DNA of 64,000 nucleotides from an uncultured Chloroflexia bacterium (GTDB taxonomy: Bacteria; Chloroflexota; Limnocylindria; Limnocylindrales; CSP1-4): NCBI GenBank assembly GCA_963767165.1, contig CAVYCV010000008.1:41978-105977 (forward strand), in the 5' to 3' direction. The notes under the pieces were generated by a model. It did no database searches, was not told where the DNA came from, and saw only the letters and a program-made list of their open reading frames with translations. Positions 28,660-38,526 of this stretch are shown here, one piece after another. Within the stretch, counting starts at the first letter, position 1; each line of letters begins with the position of its first letter. The position numbers and the translations under genes were made by a program.

Positions 28660-30444
28660 CTATTCCCACTCGATCGTGGCCGGCGGCTTCGAACTGATGT
28701 CGTACACGACCCGATTGACGCCCGGGACCTCGTTGACGATGCGCGAGCTGATCTTGCCCAGGACGTCGTACGGCAGCTTGGCCCAGTCGGCCGTCATCCC
28801 GTCCTCGCTCGTGACGGCCCGGATCGCGACGACGTTCGCATACGTCCGCCCATCGCCCATCACCCCGACGCTCCGGACCGGCGTCAGGATCGCGAAGCTC
28901 TGCCACAGGCTCCGGTACAGGCCGGCACCCTTGATCTCGTCGATCACGATCCAGTCCGCGTCGCGCAGGGTCTCGAGCCGTTCGGCGGTCACCTCGCCGA
29001 TGATCCGGATGGCGAGGCCGGGCCCCGGGAACGGCTGGCGAAGCACCATCGCCTCCGGCAGGCCCATTTCCAGTCCCACCTTGCGGACCTCGTCCTTGAA
29101 CAGATACCGGAGCGGCTCGATCAACTGGAACCGCAGGTCGGCCGGCAGCCCGCCGACGTTGTGGTGGGTCTTGATCTTCTGGGCCGTCTTGGTCTCGGAG
29201 GTCGCCGACTCGATGACGTCCGGGTAGAGCGTGCCCTGAGTCAGGAAGTCGATCCTGCCGAGCTTGGCCGCCTCCTCCTCGAACACCCGGATGAACTCGT
29301 CGCCGATGATCTTGCGCTTCTGCTCGGGGTCCTCGACGCCGGCCAGCCGGTCGAGGAACCGGCTCCGCGCATCGACCATCACGAGACGCATCCCCAGGTC
29401 GCGCTCGAAGGTGACCCGCAGTAGCTCCAATTCCTTCTTGCGCATCAGGCCGTGGTCGACGTAGATGCAGGTCAGCCGGTCGCCGACCGCCCGGTGGACG
29501 AGCGCCGCGGCGACGGCCGAGTCGACGCCGCCCGACAACGCGCAGATGACGAGCCCGTCGGAACCGGTCTCGGCCGCGTGCCTGTCGACGCGCTCGCGGA
29601 TGCCGGCGACGGTCGTGTCGATGAAGTTGGCCGCGGTCCACGTCTGGGCGACACCCGCGATGTTCACCACGAAATTGCGCAGGACGTCCCGGCCGCTCGG
29701 CGTGTGGACCACCTCGGGGTGGAACTGGATCCCGTAGAGATTGCGCTCCGGGGCGGCCAGGCCCGCGAAGGGTGAGGAGTCCGTCGTGGCCGTGGCGCGG
29801 AAGCCGTCGGGAAGCCGGGTGATGGAGTCGCCGTGGCTCATCCAAACCGGCTGCTGGCGATCGATGCCGGTGAAGAGCCCGTCGTCGTCGGTGATCGTCA
29901 CGCTGGCGGGCCCGTACTCGCGGCGGTTGGTCGGGAGGACGTCGCCGCCGAGCTCGAGCGCCATCATCTGGGCTCCGTAGCAGATGCCCAGGACCGGGAT
30001 GTCACCGGTCCAGATCGCCGGATCCGGCCGAGGCGCGTCGGGGTCGTAGACCGACATCGGGCCGCCCGAGAGGATGATCGCGCGGGTGCCGCGCCGGACC
30101 AGTTCGTCGTACGGCGTGTCGTGGGGCATCAGCTCGGAGAACACGTCGAGCTCGCGGACGCGACGCGTGATGAGCTGTGCGAACTGGCTGCCGAAGTCGA
30201 GCACGACCACCGTGCCCGGGGTGGTCGCCTTCGTCCCGATCGGCCGGTCGGCCAGTGACCGCTCGGCGGTCGGGGCGTTCAGCGCGGCCTCGAGATAGGC
30301 CTCCACCTCCGCGTCGTCGGGGGCGAGGACCCGGTGACCGGCGTTGGCCGCCTCGCCGTGGACCGTCTTGCCTCGCTTCGCGGACTCGTCATCGGCCGCC
30401 CGCCCGGCCGCCGGACTCGCCGACTCGTCAGTCGCCTCCGCCAT
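28660..30444 (-). CDS. guaA: GMP synthase (glutamine-hydrolysing) with ~75-aa N-terminal extension
   Basis: GATase motifs (VLDFGSQ, GICYGAQ), PP-loop SGGVDSAV, C-terminal dimerisation domain. ATG 30444 has an upstream GGAGGG. Start uncertain. Confidence 0.85.
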   Translation of the reverse strand: MAEATDESASPAAGRAADDESAKRGKTVHGEAANAGHRVLAPDDAEVEAYLEAALNAPTAERSLADRPIGTKATTPGTVVVLDFGSQFAQLITRRVRELDVFSELMPHDTPYDELVRRGTRAIILSGGPMSVYDPDAPRPDPAIWTGDIPVLGICYGAQMMALELGGDVLPTNRREYGPASVTITDDDGLFTGIDRQQPVWMSHGDSITRLPDGFRATATTDSSPFAGLAAPERNLYGIQFHPEVVHTPSGRDVLRNFVVNIAGVAQTWTAANFIDTTVAGIRERVDRHAAETGSDGLVICALSGGVDSAVAAALVHRAVGDRLTCIYVDHGLMRKKELELLRVTFERDLGMRLVMVDARSRFLDRLAGVEDPEQKRKIIGDEFIRVFEEEAAKLGRIDFLTQGTLYPDVIESATSETKTAQKIKTHHNVGGLPADLRFQLIEPLRYLFKDEVRKVGLEMGLPEAMVLRQPFPGPGLAIRIIGEVTAERLETLRDADWIVIDEIKGAGLYRSLWQSFAILTPVRSVGVMGDGRTYANVVAIRAVTSEDGMTADWAKLPYDVLGKISSRIVNEVPGVNRVVYDISSKPPATIEWE

Positions 30445-30611
30445 CGTCGATATCGCCCTCCGCTCCGTGTCGCCCGCCGCCACAAGTGTACCGGGCGGAT
30501 GGAGGCAAGCCCGGTCGTGCAACCCCAGCGAGATGGCGCCACGCTCGACCGGTGACAGGCGGCAACCATCGATCGCAAGAGGCTTCCATCGCCTGGATCA
30601 GCGGCCTAGGG

Positions 30612-30998
30612 TCAGCCGCGGTTGCGCATCGCCTCCGCGGCCATCTCGAGGTAGCGATCCAGCTCCGCGGCGACATCGGGCGGCGGCGCCACCTCGGTCA
30701 AGGCCGCGCGCATGTGGGCCAGCCACGCGTCACGTGCCTCGGGCCCGATCGCGAAGGGGGCATGGCGCATCCGCAGCCGTGGATGGCCGCGCTCCTGGTC
30801 GTAGGTCGTCGGGCCGCCCCAGTATTGGGCGAGGAACAGGGTCAGCCGGTGGCGCGCGCCGGCGAGGTCCGGTTCGGGATAGAGGGGGCGGAGCACCGGG
30901 TCGGTCTCGACGCCATCGTAGAAGTGTCCGACGAGGGCCTCGAAGAAGGGCATCCCGCCGGCTCGCTCGTACAGGCTCGTCGTACGCGTGTCGGTCAC
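30612..30998 (-). CDS. glbO: group II truncated haemoglobin (trHbO)
   Basis: YERAGGMPFFEALVGHFYDGV...RMRHAPFAIGPEARDAWL, typical of the 2-on-2 globin. Confidence 0.8.
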   Translation of the reverse strand: MTDTRTTSLYERAGGMPFFEALVGHFYDGVETDPVLRPLYPEPDLAGARHRLTLFLAQYWGGPTTYDQERGHPRLRMRHAPFAIGPEARDAWLAHMRAALTEVAPPPDVAAELDRYLEMAAEAMRNRG

Positions 30999-31198
30999 GC
31001 GGCGGAGTCTAGCGAGGTCGGCGGATCCTCCGGCGCGACCGATCGGCCGAGGCCATCTGGGACGCCGCGAGGTCCAGCAGGACGAGGGCGCTGAGGGTGA
31101 TGGCCAGCAGACCGAGGGGATCCATGACCAGAGGATGACGGACCCCCATGGTGATGGTCACCCAGCGAACGTCCCATCACCGGCATGACATATGACGT

Positions 31199-31224
31199 AG
31201 ACGCGCACCAAAAGGATGGTGCGC
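31199..31224 (-). terminator. 9-bp stem hairpin (ACGCGCACC ... GGTGCGCGT) 3' of membrane paralog A and upstream of trHb
   Basis: Inverted repeat seen in an unusually AT-rich spacer. No U-tract. Confidence 0.25.
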
Positions 31225-31277
31225 GTCGATCGTCGGGGGTTCGAGTCGGCGGCCGCCCGGCCGCCAGGGGATTTGGG

Positions 31278-31766
31278 TCAGGCGGCGGCCGAGACCAGTC
31301 CGGTCGAGCGGCCGACCGGTCGACCGGCCGGCACCACCCCACAGAGGGCGAACCGCGCGGCGACCAGCCAGAGGCCGACCATCCAGATCATCAGGCCGAG
31401 GCCCTCGGCCCGAGCCTCGTGGGCCGGCAGGGCGCTCGTCGCGCCGAACGGGTCGAGCCCGGTCAGGGTCACGAGCAGCCCGTAGCCCGCGACGCCGATC
31501 CCGATCGCGGAGACGTAGCCGGTCAGGCGAGCGGCCCACCGGCGGTTCCGGACGAGCCCGACCATCGCGACGAAGTGGGCGATCCCGAAGCCGATGGCAA
31601 GCGGGATGAGCCAGCTCAACGCGACCCGGTCGAGCGAGGTCGCGGGCAGGACCACAGCACCCACCGCGAGCGACACGAAGCCGGCGATGGCGAGGACGAA
31701 GGCACCGAACCCGCGGGTCCCGCGACGGCTGGACCGGGCGCTGGACGGCTGAGCGTTCGAGGTCAT
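31278..31766 (-). CDS. small polytopic membrane protein (paralog A)
   Basis: ATG preceded by AAGGAG. 4 TM helices. Paralogous to the adjacent gene. Confidence 0.5.
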   Translation of the reverse strand: MTSNAQPSSARSSRRGTRGFGAFVLAIAGFVSLAVGAVVLPATSLDRVALSWLIPLAIGFGIAHFVAMVGLVRNRRWAARLTGYVSAIGIGVAGYGLLVTLTGLDPFGATSALPAHEARAEGLGLMIWMVGLWLVAARFALCGVVPAGRPVGRSTGLVSAAA

Positions 31767-31807
31767 GGCGATCTCCTTGTCAGGCTCAGTGTGTGACGAC
31801 CGGCGGG

Positions 31808-32284
31808 TCAGGCGGCGGCCTGGGTCGTGGCACGGACGACGGACTTGCCGTCGAGCGTGAGCGCCACGATGACCCCCGCGTACAGGGCGACGAAGGTGCC
31901 GAGGATCCCGAGGCCGTCGAGCGCCCGATCGGACGCGGCTGCGGCGAATGGGTCGTGGCCGAGGATCACCAGGATCATGTCGAACACGCCGATCCCGGCC
32001 GCCGCGGCGGCGACCGTCGTGGCGAGGCGATCGGCCCACGACGAGCCGCTGACGAGGGCGATCCCGGCGACGATGTTCGCAACGGCGAACGCGCCGACGA
32101 AGGGCATCAGCTGCGTGACGTCGTCGAGAAGGGCGAGATCCGCCGGGCTGATGGCGACCGGCACGCCGGCCGCGATGGCGATGCGCGCGACGACGATGCC
32201 GAGCGCGGAGACCGCCACGACGGCGCCCCCTACGCAGAGGAGTGCCGCGGCGGCGAAGCGGGGGAACGAGACTGTGTGGAACAT
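31808..32284 (-). CDS. small polytopic membrane protein (paralog B)
   Basis: 158 aa, 4 TM helices, similar to paralog A. Confidence 0.5.
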   Translation of the reverse strand: MFHTVSFPRFAAAALLCVGGAVVAVSALGIVVARIAIAAGVPVAISPADLALLDDVTQLMPFVGAFAVANIVAGIALVSGSSWADRLATTVAAAAAGIGVFDMILVILGHDPFAAAASDRALDGLGILGTFVALYAGVIVALTLDGKSVVRATTQAAA

Positions 32285-32419
32285 GGCGTCCTGACACCTA
32301 CCTGCGGACTCGAAGGGTGAGGCCCGATACAGGCAGGATGGCCGCGGCCGGGCGACGCGGGCATGGTCGGCAGACGCCGGACGGGATGGACGGATGACAG
32401 GCGCCGATGGCCCCGCTCG

Positions 32420-32875
32420 TCAGGCCTCGGCGACCGACTCCAGCCGCCGCCGGAACGCTTCCAGGTCGAGGGCGGCCGCCCGCCGGACCTGCGGCGTGGC
32501 CATCGACTCCAGCATCCGGTACCGCAAGGGCAGCCCGATCTTCAGGCGCCAGTCGAGTCGCGTCGCCGGTCCGTCTTCGGTCAGCGCGGCGTCGATCTCG
32601 ACCGTGATGCCGTCGGCGTCGCGACCACGCACGGCGAACCGCGTCGGCACCGCCATCGCCGCCACGCGCGCGTCGAGCGTGCTGGACCGACCCGCGACCC
32701 GCTGCTGGATCCGGAGCGCCGATCCCTCGGCGAGGGGGCCCTCGTCGAGTCGCTCCACCGTGACGATGCCGCTCGCGATCAGCCACTCCGGCCAGCGCTC
32801 GACATCGGTCAGGTGGGCGAAGACATCGGCAGGCGGGCGTCCGATGCGAACGTCGAGCTCGAGCGAGATCGCCAT
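32420..32875 (-). CDS. SRPBCC (START/polyketide cyclase-like) family protein
   Basis: Polyketide_cyc2-like pattern FAHLTDVERWPEW. ATG overlaps the upstream stop. Confidence 0.55.
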   Translation of the reverse strand: MAISLELDVRIGRPPADVFAHLTDVERWPEWLIASGIVTVERLDEGPLAEGSALRIQQRVAGRSSTLDARVAAMAVPTRFAVRGRDADGITVEIDAALTEDGPATRLDWRLKIGLPLRYRMLESMATPQVRRAAALDLEAFRRRLESVAEA

Positions 32876-33216
32876 CAGTCGCGCACCATCGGCCGCAGCC
32901 GGAACGACGGCCCACGGCCCAGCTCCTCCGACGGCGTCCCGTAGCGGACGATGAGTGCCCGGATGGCCCGGATGTGGTCGTCGCGATCGAGCGGCTCGGC
33001 GACGGCGTCCCAGCTCCGGGCGCCCAGGACGATCCGACAGGCCGGATCCGCGGCGAGGTTGCGGGCCCAGGCGGTCGTGTCGCTCCGGGCGGCGACCAGG
33101 AGGCTCCCGTCGGGCTCGCCGACGTATCCGATCGTGACGGTCCGTGGATGACCGCTGGACCGTCCGCGCGTCTCGAGCCGGATGAACCGACCGTTCGCGA
33201 CGAGGTCGTCTTCCAT
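32875..33216 (-). CDS. F420/FMN-binding split-barrel protein (deazaflavin-dependent nitroreductase/PNPOx-like), short N-terminus
   Basis: GRFIRLETRGRSSGHPRTVTIGY...LLVAARSDTTAWARNL resembles the DUF385/Ddn core. Confidence 0.4.
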   Translation of the reverse strand: MEDDLVANGRFIRLETRGRSSGHPRTVTIGYVGEPDGSLLVAARSDTTAWARNLAADPACRIVLGARSWDAVAEPLDRDDHIRAIRALIVRYGTPSEELGRGPSFRLRPMVRD

Positions 33217-33245
33217 GGCGGGTGTCCCTGTGCCGGTCGCCGGCG

Positions 33246-35339
33246 TCAGGCCGCTGCCTCCAGGTCGACCTTGCGGCCACCGAACGTGCCCGTGACCGAG
33301 GTGTTCCCGTCGCCGTCGCGCTCGTAGTGCAGCCTGTTCGCGCCCGACGTGATGTCGATCTCGAACGAACCCGTCTCGTCGTCGGTCTCGCCCTTCCCGC
33401 TGAGCGGCAGGCCCTCGGTGAATTCGCAGTCGTGGAGCCGGACCTCGGTCCCGGTCTCGGTCGGCTCGTAGGCGATCGTGCCGCCATGGTCGCAGCCGGC
33501 GTTGACCAGCTCGCTGTCGTAGTAGATGAAGTCGTACGTGTTGAAGACCTGGGAATCGACCGACGAGGCCAGCGCCAGGGCGTCTTTGTATGCCGACGCC
33601 GAGGTCGGGGCGATGGCGGCATACGCATCGGCGAGGTCCCAGATGCACGTGGTGACGCGGGTGAGGGGCGGGGTCCGGCTCACGAGCCAGGCCACCATGA
33701 GGTCATCCGGGCAGGCCTCGCCCCACGCATAGATGACGTGCGGCCCGCCCACCGCCTGGACGAAGTAGGCGTTCTTCAGCCTCGAGTAGATGCGCATGCC
33801 GTTCGCGATCGGCGTCGCCGGATCGGTGGTCGAGGTCAGGACGAAGACCGGATACGGCGGATCGACGATCGGCGCGGGCCGCTCGTTCGTCGCCCGCGCC
33901 GTCGGCCAGTACAGGCACGGCACGTCGCCGTAGTAGCCGGTCTCGAGGCGAGTGCCGTTGATGCCCGCAGTCTCGGCGCCATCGACCCAGGCGCCCAGGC
34001 GCGCGTCCGGTGTGCCGCCGTCCGGGTAGAACGCGTAGTCCTGGCACTCGACCGCGTAGTACATCGCGTCCGAATAGCCCGGGTCCACCTCGGCGACCAG
34101 CGTGTCGGCGTTCAGCCCGAGCGCGTTGTACCCGAGCTTGGCCAACGGCACGAAGTCATCGTGCGACGCCGCCGCGATCGCCCGCTGGAGCAGGAGCCGA
34201 TCGTACGAGTAATACAGGGCGTTGAAGGCCGCGTTCTCGAGATCCGTGTTCGTCAGCTGGCGCGACTCGGTCGCTCCTGTGGAGGTCGTGAAGTCGAAGG
34301 TGACCGGGCCGCCGTCCAGCCGGGCGGCCAGCGCGTCGTATGCCGCGAGGGCATCCCCGCCGGCTACGTCGGCCGTGCATGTCTCGTTCGCGGTGCACGC
34401 GGCGAGGGTCGCGATGAGCGTGTCCTCGGCCGAGCGGGCCGCCTCCACGTAGTACGTCGGACCATCGACGGTCAGGTCCACGGGGCCATCCACGTACAGC
34501 GTCGCGATGCGGTCCGGGTGGGCGGCCGCGTAGGTCTGCACGAACTGCGTGCCGTAGCTGAGGCCGTACAGGTCCATCTTGTCCACGCCGAGGTAATCGC
34601 GGACCGCCTCGAGATCCTCGACCGCCTGCGTCGTCGCGTAGAAGGGCAGGTCCAATTCGGCGACGCCGGCCTCGGCGATGCAGTCCTTCGCGAACGTCTG
34701 GGCTGCCGCGGCCGCCGCCGCCCGTTCGGCCGGGACCTGCGGACGGGCCGTGGAGGGGTAGTAGACGGCCGCGGCAGTGGTGCACTGGATCGGCCCGGAC
34801 CGACCGATCCCGCGCTGGTCCATGTAGACCATGTCGTACGCCTCGGTGACCGACGTCGCGTAGTAGTCGAGGTAGCTGTCCGAGTCGGGGATGTCGCTGT
34901 AGCCGGGACCGCCGGTGATCTCGACGTAGGTCCCCTTCCTCTCCCCGGTCGCCCGGTGGATGGCGAACGTGATGTTCCAGGTCGAACCGCCGGCCGGCGC
35001 GAAGTGGTCCTTCGGGACGGCGAGCGTCACGCACTCGAACGTCGTCAGGCACGGCTCCTTCGAGACGAGCGTGTAGCCCGCGGTCGAGGCCGAGGCGGAC
35101 GGCGCGGGCGACCCGGAGGCAGCCGCGCCCGACGGCGACGCGCCCGGCGATGCCGGGGCAGGCGATGTGACAGCCGACGGGGCCGCGGAAGGCGCGCCCG
35201 AGGCGGCCGGCGCCGCGCCCGGCGACGCGGGCGCGAACGTCCAGCCGGCCGTGGCCGCCGAGCCGCACGCCGAGACGAGCATCGCGACGACGAGGACCGC
35301 CACCGGGACGGACGGACGCGAACGACTGTGTGTTGGCAC
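33246..35339 (-). CDS. secreted lipoprotein alpha/beta-hydrolase, peptidase S33 (tripeptidyl aminopeptidase TAP-like)
   Basis: Lipobox LVSAC, GGPGYS and DQRGIGRS motifs, nucleophile GLSYG, long C-terminal TAP-like region. Confidence 0.55.
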   Translation of the reverse strand: MPTHSRSRPSVPVAVLVVAMLVSACGSAATAGWTFAPASPGAAPAASGAPSAAPSAVTSPAPASPGASPSGAAASGSPAPSASASTAGYTLVSKEPCLTTFECVTLAVPKDHFAPAGGSTWNITFAIHRATGERKGTYVEITGGPGYSDIPDSDSYLDYYATSVTEAYDMVYMDQRGIGRSGPIQCTTAAAVYYPSTARPQVPAERAAAAAAAQTFAKDCIAEAGVAELDLPFYATTQAVEDLEAVRDYLGVDKMDLYGLSYGTQFVQTYAAAHPDRIATLYVDGPVDLTVDGPTYYVEAARSAEDTLIATLAACTANETCTADVAGGDALAAYDALAARLDGGPVTFDFTTSTGATESRQLTNTDLENAAFNALYYSYDRLLLQRAIAAASHDDFVPLAKLGYNALGLNADTLVAEVDPGYSDAMYYAVECQDYAFYPDGGTPDARLGAWVDGAETAGINGTRLETGYYGDVPCLYWPTARATNERPAPIVDPPYPVFVLTSTTDPATPIANGMRIYSRLKNAYFVQAVGGPHVIYAWGEACPDDLMVAWLVSRTPPLTRVTTCIWDLADAYAAIAPTSASAYKDALALASSVDSQVFNTYDFIYYDSELVNAGCDHGGTIAYEPTETGTEVRLHDCEFTEGLPLSGKGETDDETGSFEIDITSGANRLHYERDGDGNTSVTGTFGGRKVDLEAAA

Positions 35340-35393
35340 CGGGTCAGGCTAGAGCGCGCGACACCGGGCAGGGGTCGCGTCGCACGCGGCGGG

Positions 35394-36587
35394 TCAGCGG
35401 CCGCGTTGCCAGGACTTGCCCTCGGTCTGGGTGGATGGCGCGTAGACCATCTCGACACGCTGCATGTCGCGGATCGTGCGGGCACCGAGGGCCGCCATCG
35501 ACTGGCGCAGCGCGCCGACCAGATTCTCGCTGCCGTCGGTCACGTGGGCCGGACCGAAGAGGATCCGCTCGAGGCTGCCGACCGTCCCGACCTTGATGCG
35601 CGTCCCGCGTGGCAGCGTCGGTGAGGGCGCGGCCATCCCCCAGTTCGTGCCACGCCCGGGTGCTTCCTCGGCACGGGCCAGCGGGGAACCGACCATCAGG
35701 GCGTCGGCGCCGGCGGCGATGGCCTTGGCCAGCTCGCCGCCGCGTCGCATGCCACCATCGGCGACCACCGGGACGTAGCGCCCGGACTCGGTGAGATACG
35801 CGTCGCGGGCGGCCGCGACGTCACTGATGGCCGTGACCTGCGGGACCCCGATGCCAAGCACCTCCCGGGTCGTGCAGGCCGCGCCGGGCCCGACCCCGAC
35901 GAAGACCGCAGCGGCGCCCTGCTCCATCAGCGCGAAGGCCGCCTCGGCATTGGTGGTGTTGCCGACTGCGACGGGGATGGGCATGTAGCGGGTGAAGTCG
36001 GCGAGCGACAACGGGTCGTACTCGGTCGCGAGGTGGCGGGCGCTGGAGACCTGGCTCTGGACGAGGAACAGGTCGGCGCCGTGCTCCGCGCAGAACGGAC
36101 CGAATCGGCGGGCCGCGGCGGGGGTCGCGGCCACGGCCGCCTTCGAGCCGGCCGCATGGATCGCCTCGAGCCGGGCAGCGATGAGATCCTCGCGGATCGG
36201 TTGGCTGTAGGCTTCGGCCAGGTAGTCGTGGACCTGGTCGTCGGGGGCGGTGGCGATCCGCTCGAGGATGACGTCGGGATCGTCGTAGCGGGCCTGGACG
36301 CCTTCGAGGTTCAGGATCGCGAGACCGCCGAGACGCGCGAGCTCGCCGGCCATGCGGGCGTCGACCACGGCGTCCATCGCCGACGCGAGGATCGGGATCG
36401 TCAGCTCGATGCCGGCAAAGACCTGGGCGAGGTCGACGTCGGACGGCTCGATCGTGTCGGTGCCGGGCGCGAGCGAGACATCCTCGAATCCATATGTCGG
36501 CCGGATGGTGTCGACCTTGGAGTGGAAGACGCGCCGCTGGGCCGCGGCCGGATCCGGGATGTGCGTCGTCGCCGTCCGATCGGTCAC
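35394..36587 (-). CDS. IMP dehydrogenase family protein lacking CBS pair (GuaB3-like)
   Basis: TIM-barrel IMPDH motifs ([36 protein letters not shown]). GTG start with AGGAGG 6 nt upstream. Confidence 0.75.
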   Translation of the reverse strand: MTDRTATTHIPDPAAAQRRVFHSKVDTIRPTYGFEDVSLAPGTDTIEPSDVDLAQVFAGIELTIPILASAMDAVVDARMAGELARLGGLAILNLEGVQARYDDPDVILERIATAPDDQVHDYLAEAYSQPIREDLIAARLEAIHAAGSKAAVAATPAAARRFGPFCAEHGADLFLVQSQVSSARHLATEYDPLSLADFTRYMPIPVAVGNTTNAEAAFALMEQGAAAVFVGVGPGAACTTREVLGIGVPQVTAISDVAAARDAYLTESGRYVPVVADGGMRRGGELAKAIAAGADALMVGSPLARAEEAPGRGTNWGMAAPSPTLPRGTRIKVGTVGSLERILFGPAHVTDGSENLVGALRQSMAALGARTIRDMQRVEMVYAPSTQTEGKSWQRGR

Positions 36588-36666
36588 GTGGCCCTCCTGT
36601 GCGGCCTCACGGTGGGCTGCCTGCTGGCGCGAGTCTAGCAGCGACCCCGGCGACCGGAGGGTTGCG

Positions 36667-37164
36667 TCACGGCATCGATGCCCGACCGGCGCCGTCGAGC
36701 GTGAGCTGGAACCAGGCGGCCCGCTCCGGGTCCGAGAGGTCGTCGCGGATCCGCTCGATGGCGGTGCGATAGCCGGGCCACACGACGGCTCGATGGGCAT
36801 CTGCGAGCGACAGCCATCGGGCGTCGTCGTGCTCGTGGGACAGGCGTGGCTGTGAGCCGGCCACGACGCGGACGGCGAAGACGGCCGACGTGACGACGGC
36901 GTCGACCGAGGGTTCGTGGAACTGGTTGACGAGGTCGAGGTCGTAGAACGCCTCGAGATCGGGCCCCTGGAAGCCGGTCTCCTCGTGGAGCTCCCGAAGG
37001 GCGCCGACCGCGACCCGCTCGCCGTCCTCGAGGCTCCCCGAGACGCATTGCCAGAGGCCGGGCAGGATGCGGCCCGGCGCCCGCCGGATGAGCAGGATCT
37101 CCGGGCCAGTGGCGCCCGCCCGGTAGATCCAGCAGTCGACGAGGTCCGGCCGGATGGGGCTCAC
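36667..37164 (-). CDS. NUDIX hydrolase
   Basis: Nudix box GSLEDGERVAVGALRELHEETGF. GTG start overlapping the DinB stop (GTGA). Confidence 0.65.
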   Translation of the reverse strand: MSPIRPDLVDCWIYRAGATGPEILLIRRAPGRILPGLWQCVSGSLEDGERVAVGALRELHEETGFQGPDLEAFYDLDLVNQFHEPSVDAVVTSAVFAVRVVAGSQPRLSHEHDDARWLSLADAHRAVVWPGYRTAIERIRDDLSDPERAAWFQLTLDGAGRASMP

Positions 37165-37778
37165 GACGCGGGCCCGATCCTCGAGCGCAGGTCGTGCAAC
37201 TGCTCGAGGTGCATCAGGTCGTGGACGCCGGCGAACACGAGCCACTCGCCGCAGCGAAGCTGCCCGACCTGCGGGTGGTGCAGGGGGCATGGCTCGGTCT
37301 CGTGCCCGGCGACGGTCCGTGCCGCGCGCTCGATGACGCGTTGGCTCCGGGCGATCCTGCGCAGGAGCGTCGACCGGTCGGCGTCGGCCGGACCCGGGAT
37401 CCCCTGCACGACTGACGGTGCCCCGGCGGGCCAACGACCGGCCGCGGCAAGGGAGGCCGCCAGACACAGGCCGGCGCGCGAATCGCAGTCGTGGCCGACG
37501 GCCTGGGCCACGTTCCAGTCGGCCTCTCCGCCGGGCTGGGTCAATGCCGCGTCCGGCAGAGCCTGGACGATCGCGGTCAGGGCGTCGGCGAGGGTGGCCA
37601 GTTGCGCAGCGATCCGTTCCGCGCTGTCGGCGCCGCCACGCCGGCGGACCTCCCGTCGGACGGTGAGGAATCGCCCGACCTCGATCCCGCGCCACGCCGT
37701 GACGATGTCCGGCGCGCCCGGCTCGAGCGCATCGACCCAGGACGTGGTCGAAGTCCGGATCGCCGAGGTCTCGGTCAT
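37161..37778 (-). CDS. DinB_2/YfiT-like metal-dependent protein
   Basis: WNVAQAVGH ... HDLMHLEQL histidine triad pattern of the DinB_2 family. Confidence 0.55.
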   Translation of the reverse strand: MTETSAIRTSTTSWVDALEPGAPDIVTAWRGIEVGRFLTVRREVRRRGGADSAERIAAQLATLADALTAIVQALPDAALTQPGGEADWNVAQAVGHDCDSRAGLCLAASLAAAGRWPAGAPSVVQGIPGPADADRSTLLRRIARSQRVIERAARTVAGHETEPCPLHHPQVGQLRCGEWLVFAGVHDLMHLEQLHDLRSRIGPAS

Positions 37779-37819
37779 GGCGCGGCCAGCGTAACCCGTG
37801 GCGGCTTCGCCTCGGCCGT

Positions 37820-37956
37820 GGTCGATGCACGGACCGTCCGACGAAGTTCGGCGAGGTGCGGCGTCGAATGGTCGATGGACGGACCGAATGCGGCCCGAAC
37901 TGCCGCTTGAGGGGCGCAGGCGCCACATACTTCGTCGGACGGTCGATGCACGGACC
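37820..37956. promoter_or_regulatory. three copies of 16-bp quasi-palindrome GGTCGATG(C/G)ACGGACC plus a 14-bp inverted repeat (CCGTCCGACGAAGT / ACTTCGTCGGACGG) in the darA-dinB intergenic region
   Basis: Seen directly: copies at about 37820, 37870 and 37941. Lies upstream of the dinB_2-nudix operon and downstream of darA. Confidence 0.4.
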
Positions 37957-38138
37957 ATCCGCGGTCGGTGCAACGCCACCGTTCCAGTCCACGAAGCTCC
38001 CGCAGCTCCGGGCATGGATGGAACGCCTCCGTGCCGATCGACGGCGGATGTCCCGCCGATCGCGCCGATACGTCAGCTCAGCCGACGACTGAAACCCTGG
38101 CGTGCCACCAGCGGACCGCGGGGCACGCCGACCGGCAT

Positions 38139-38468
38139 CTACAGCCGCTCGAAGCGCTCCACGGGGAGGACGAAGACGGTGGCCCCGCCGACCTCGACCT
38201 CGAGCGGGTACGGCATGAAGAACTCGCCCGGCTCCATGATCGGCGGCATCGGGTTGACGACCTGCGTCCGCGACGTGCAGTTCTCGCGGACGATGCCCAG
38301 GATCTCCTCGACCTCCGCGTCCTCGACCCCGACGATGATCGTCGCGTTCGACTGCTTGAGGAACCCGCCCGAGCTGTGCAGGCGGGTCGCCCGGAACTCC
38401 TTGTCGAGCAGGGCGTCGACAAGCACGCTGGCGTCCTCGTTGTGGACGATCGTGACGACGAGCTTCAT
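38139..38468 (-). CDS. darA: cyclic-di-AMP receptor DarA/PstA (PII-like)
   Basis: 109 aa with strong similarity to B. subtilis DarA (MKLVVTIV...ATRLHSSGGFLKQSNATIIVGVED...PYPLEVEVGGATVFVLPVERFE). Confidence 0.8.
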   Translation of the reverse strand: MKLVVTIVHNEDASVLVDALLDKEFRATRLHSSGGFLKQSNATIIVGVEDAEVEEILGIVRENCTSRTQVVNPMPPIMEPGEFFMPYPLEVEVGGATVFVLPVERFERL

Positions 38469-38526
38469 CGCGCGGAGTATCCCCGCCCCGAGCGACCCGG
38501 GTCAACGCGTTTTCGCGGGGTGTACG

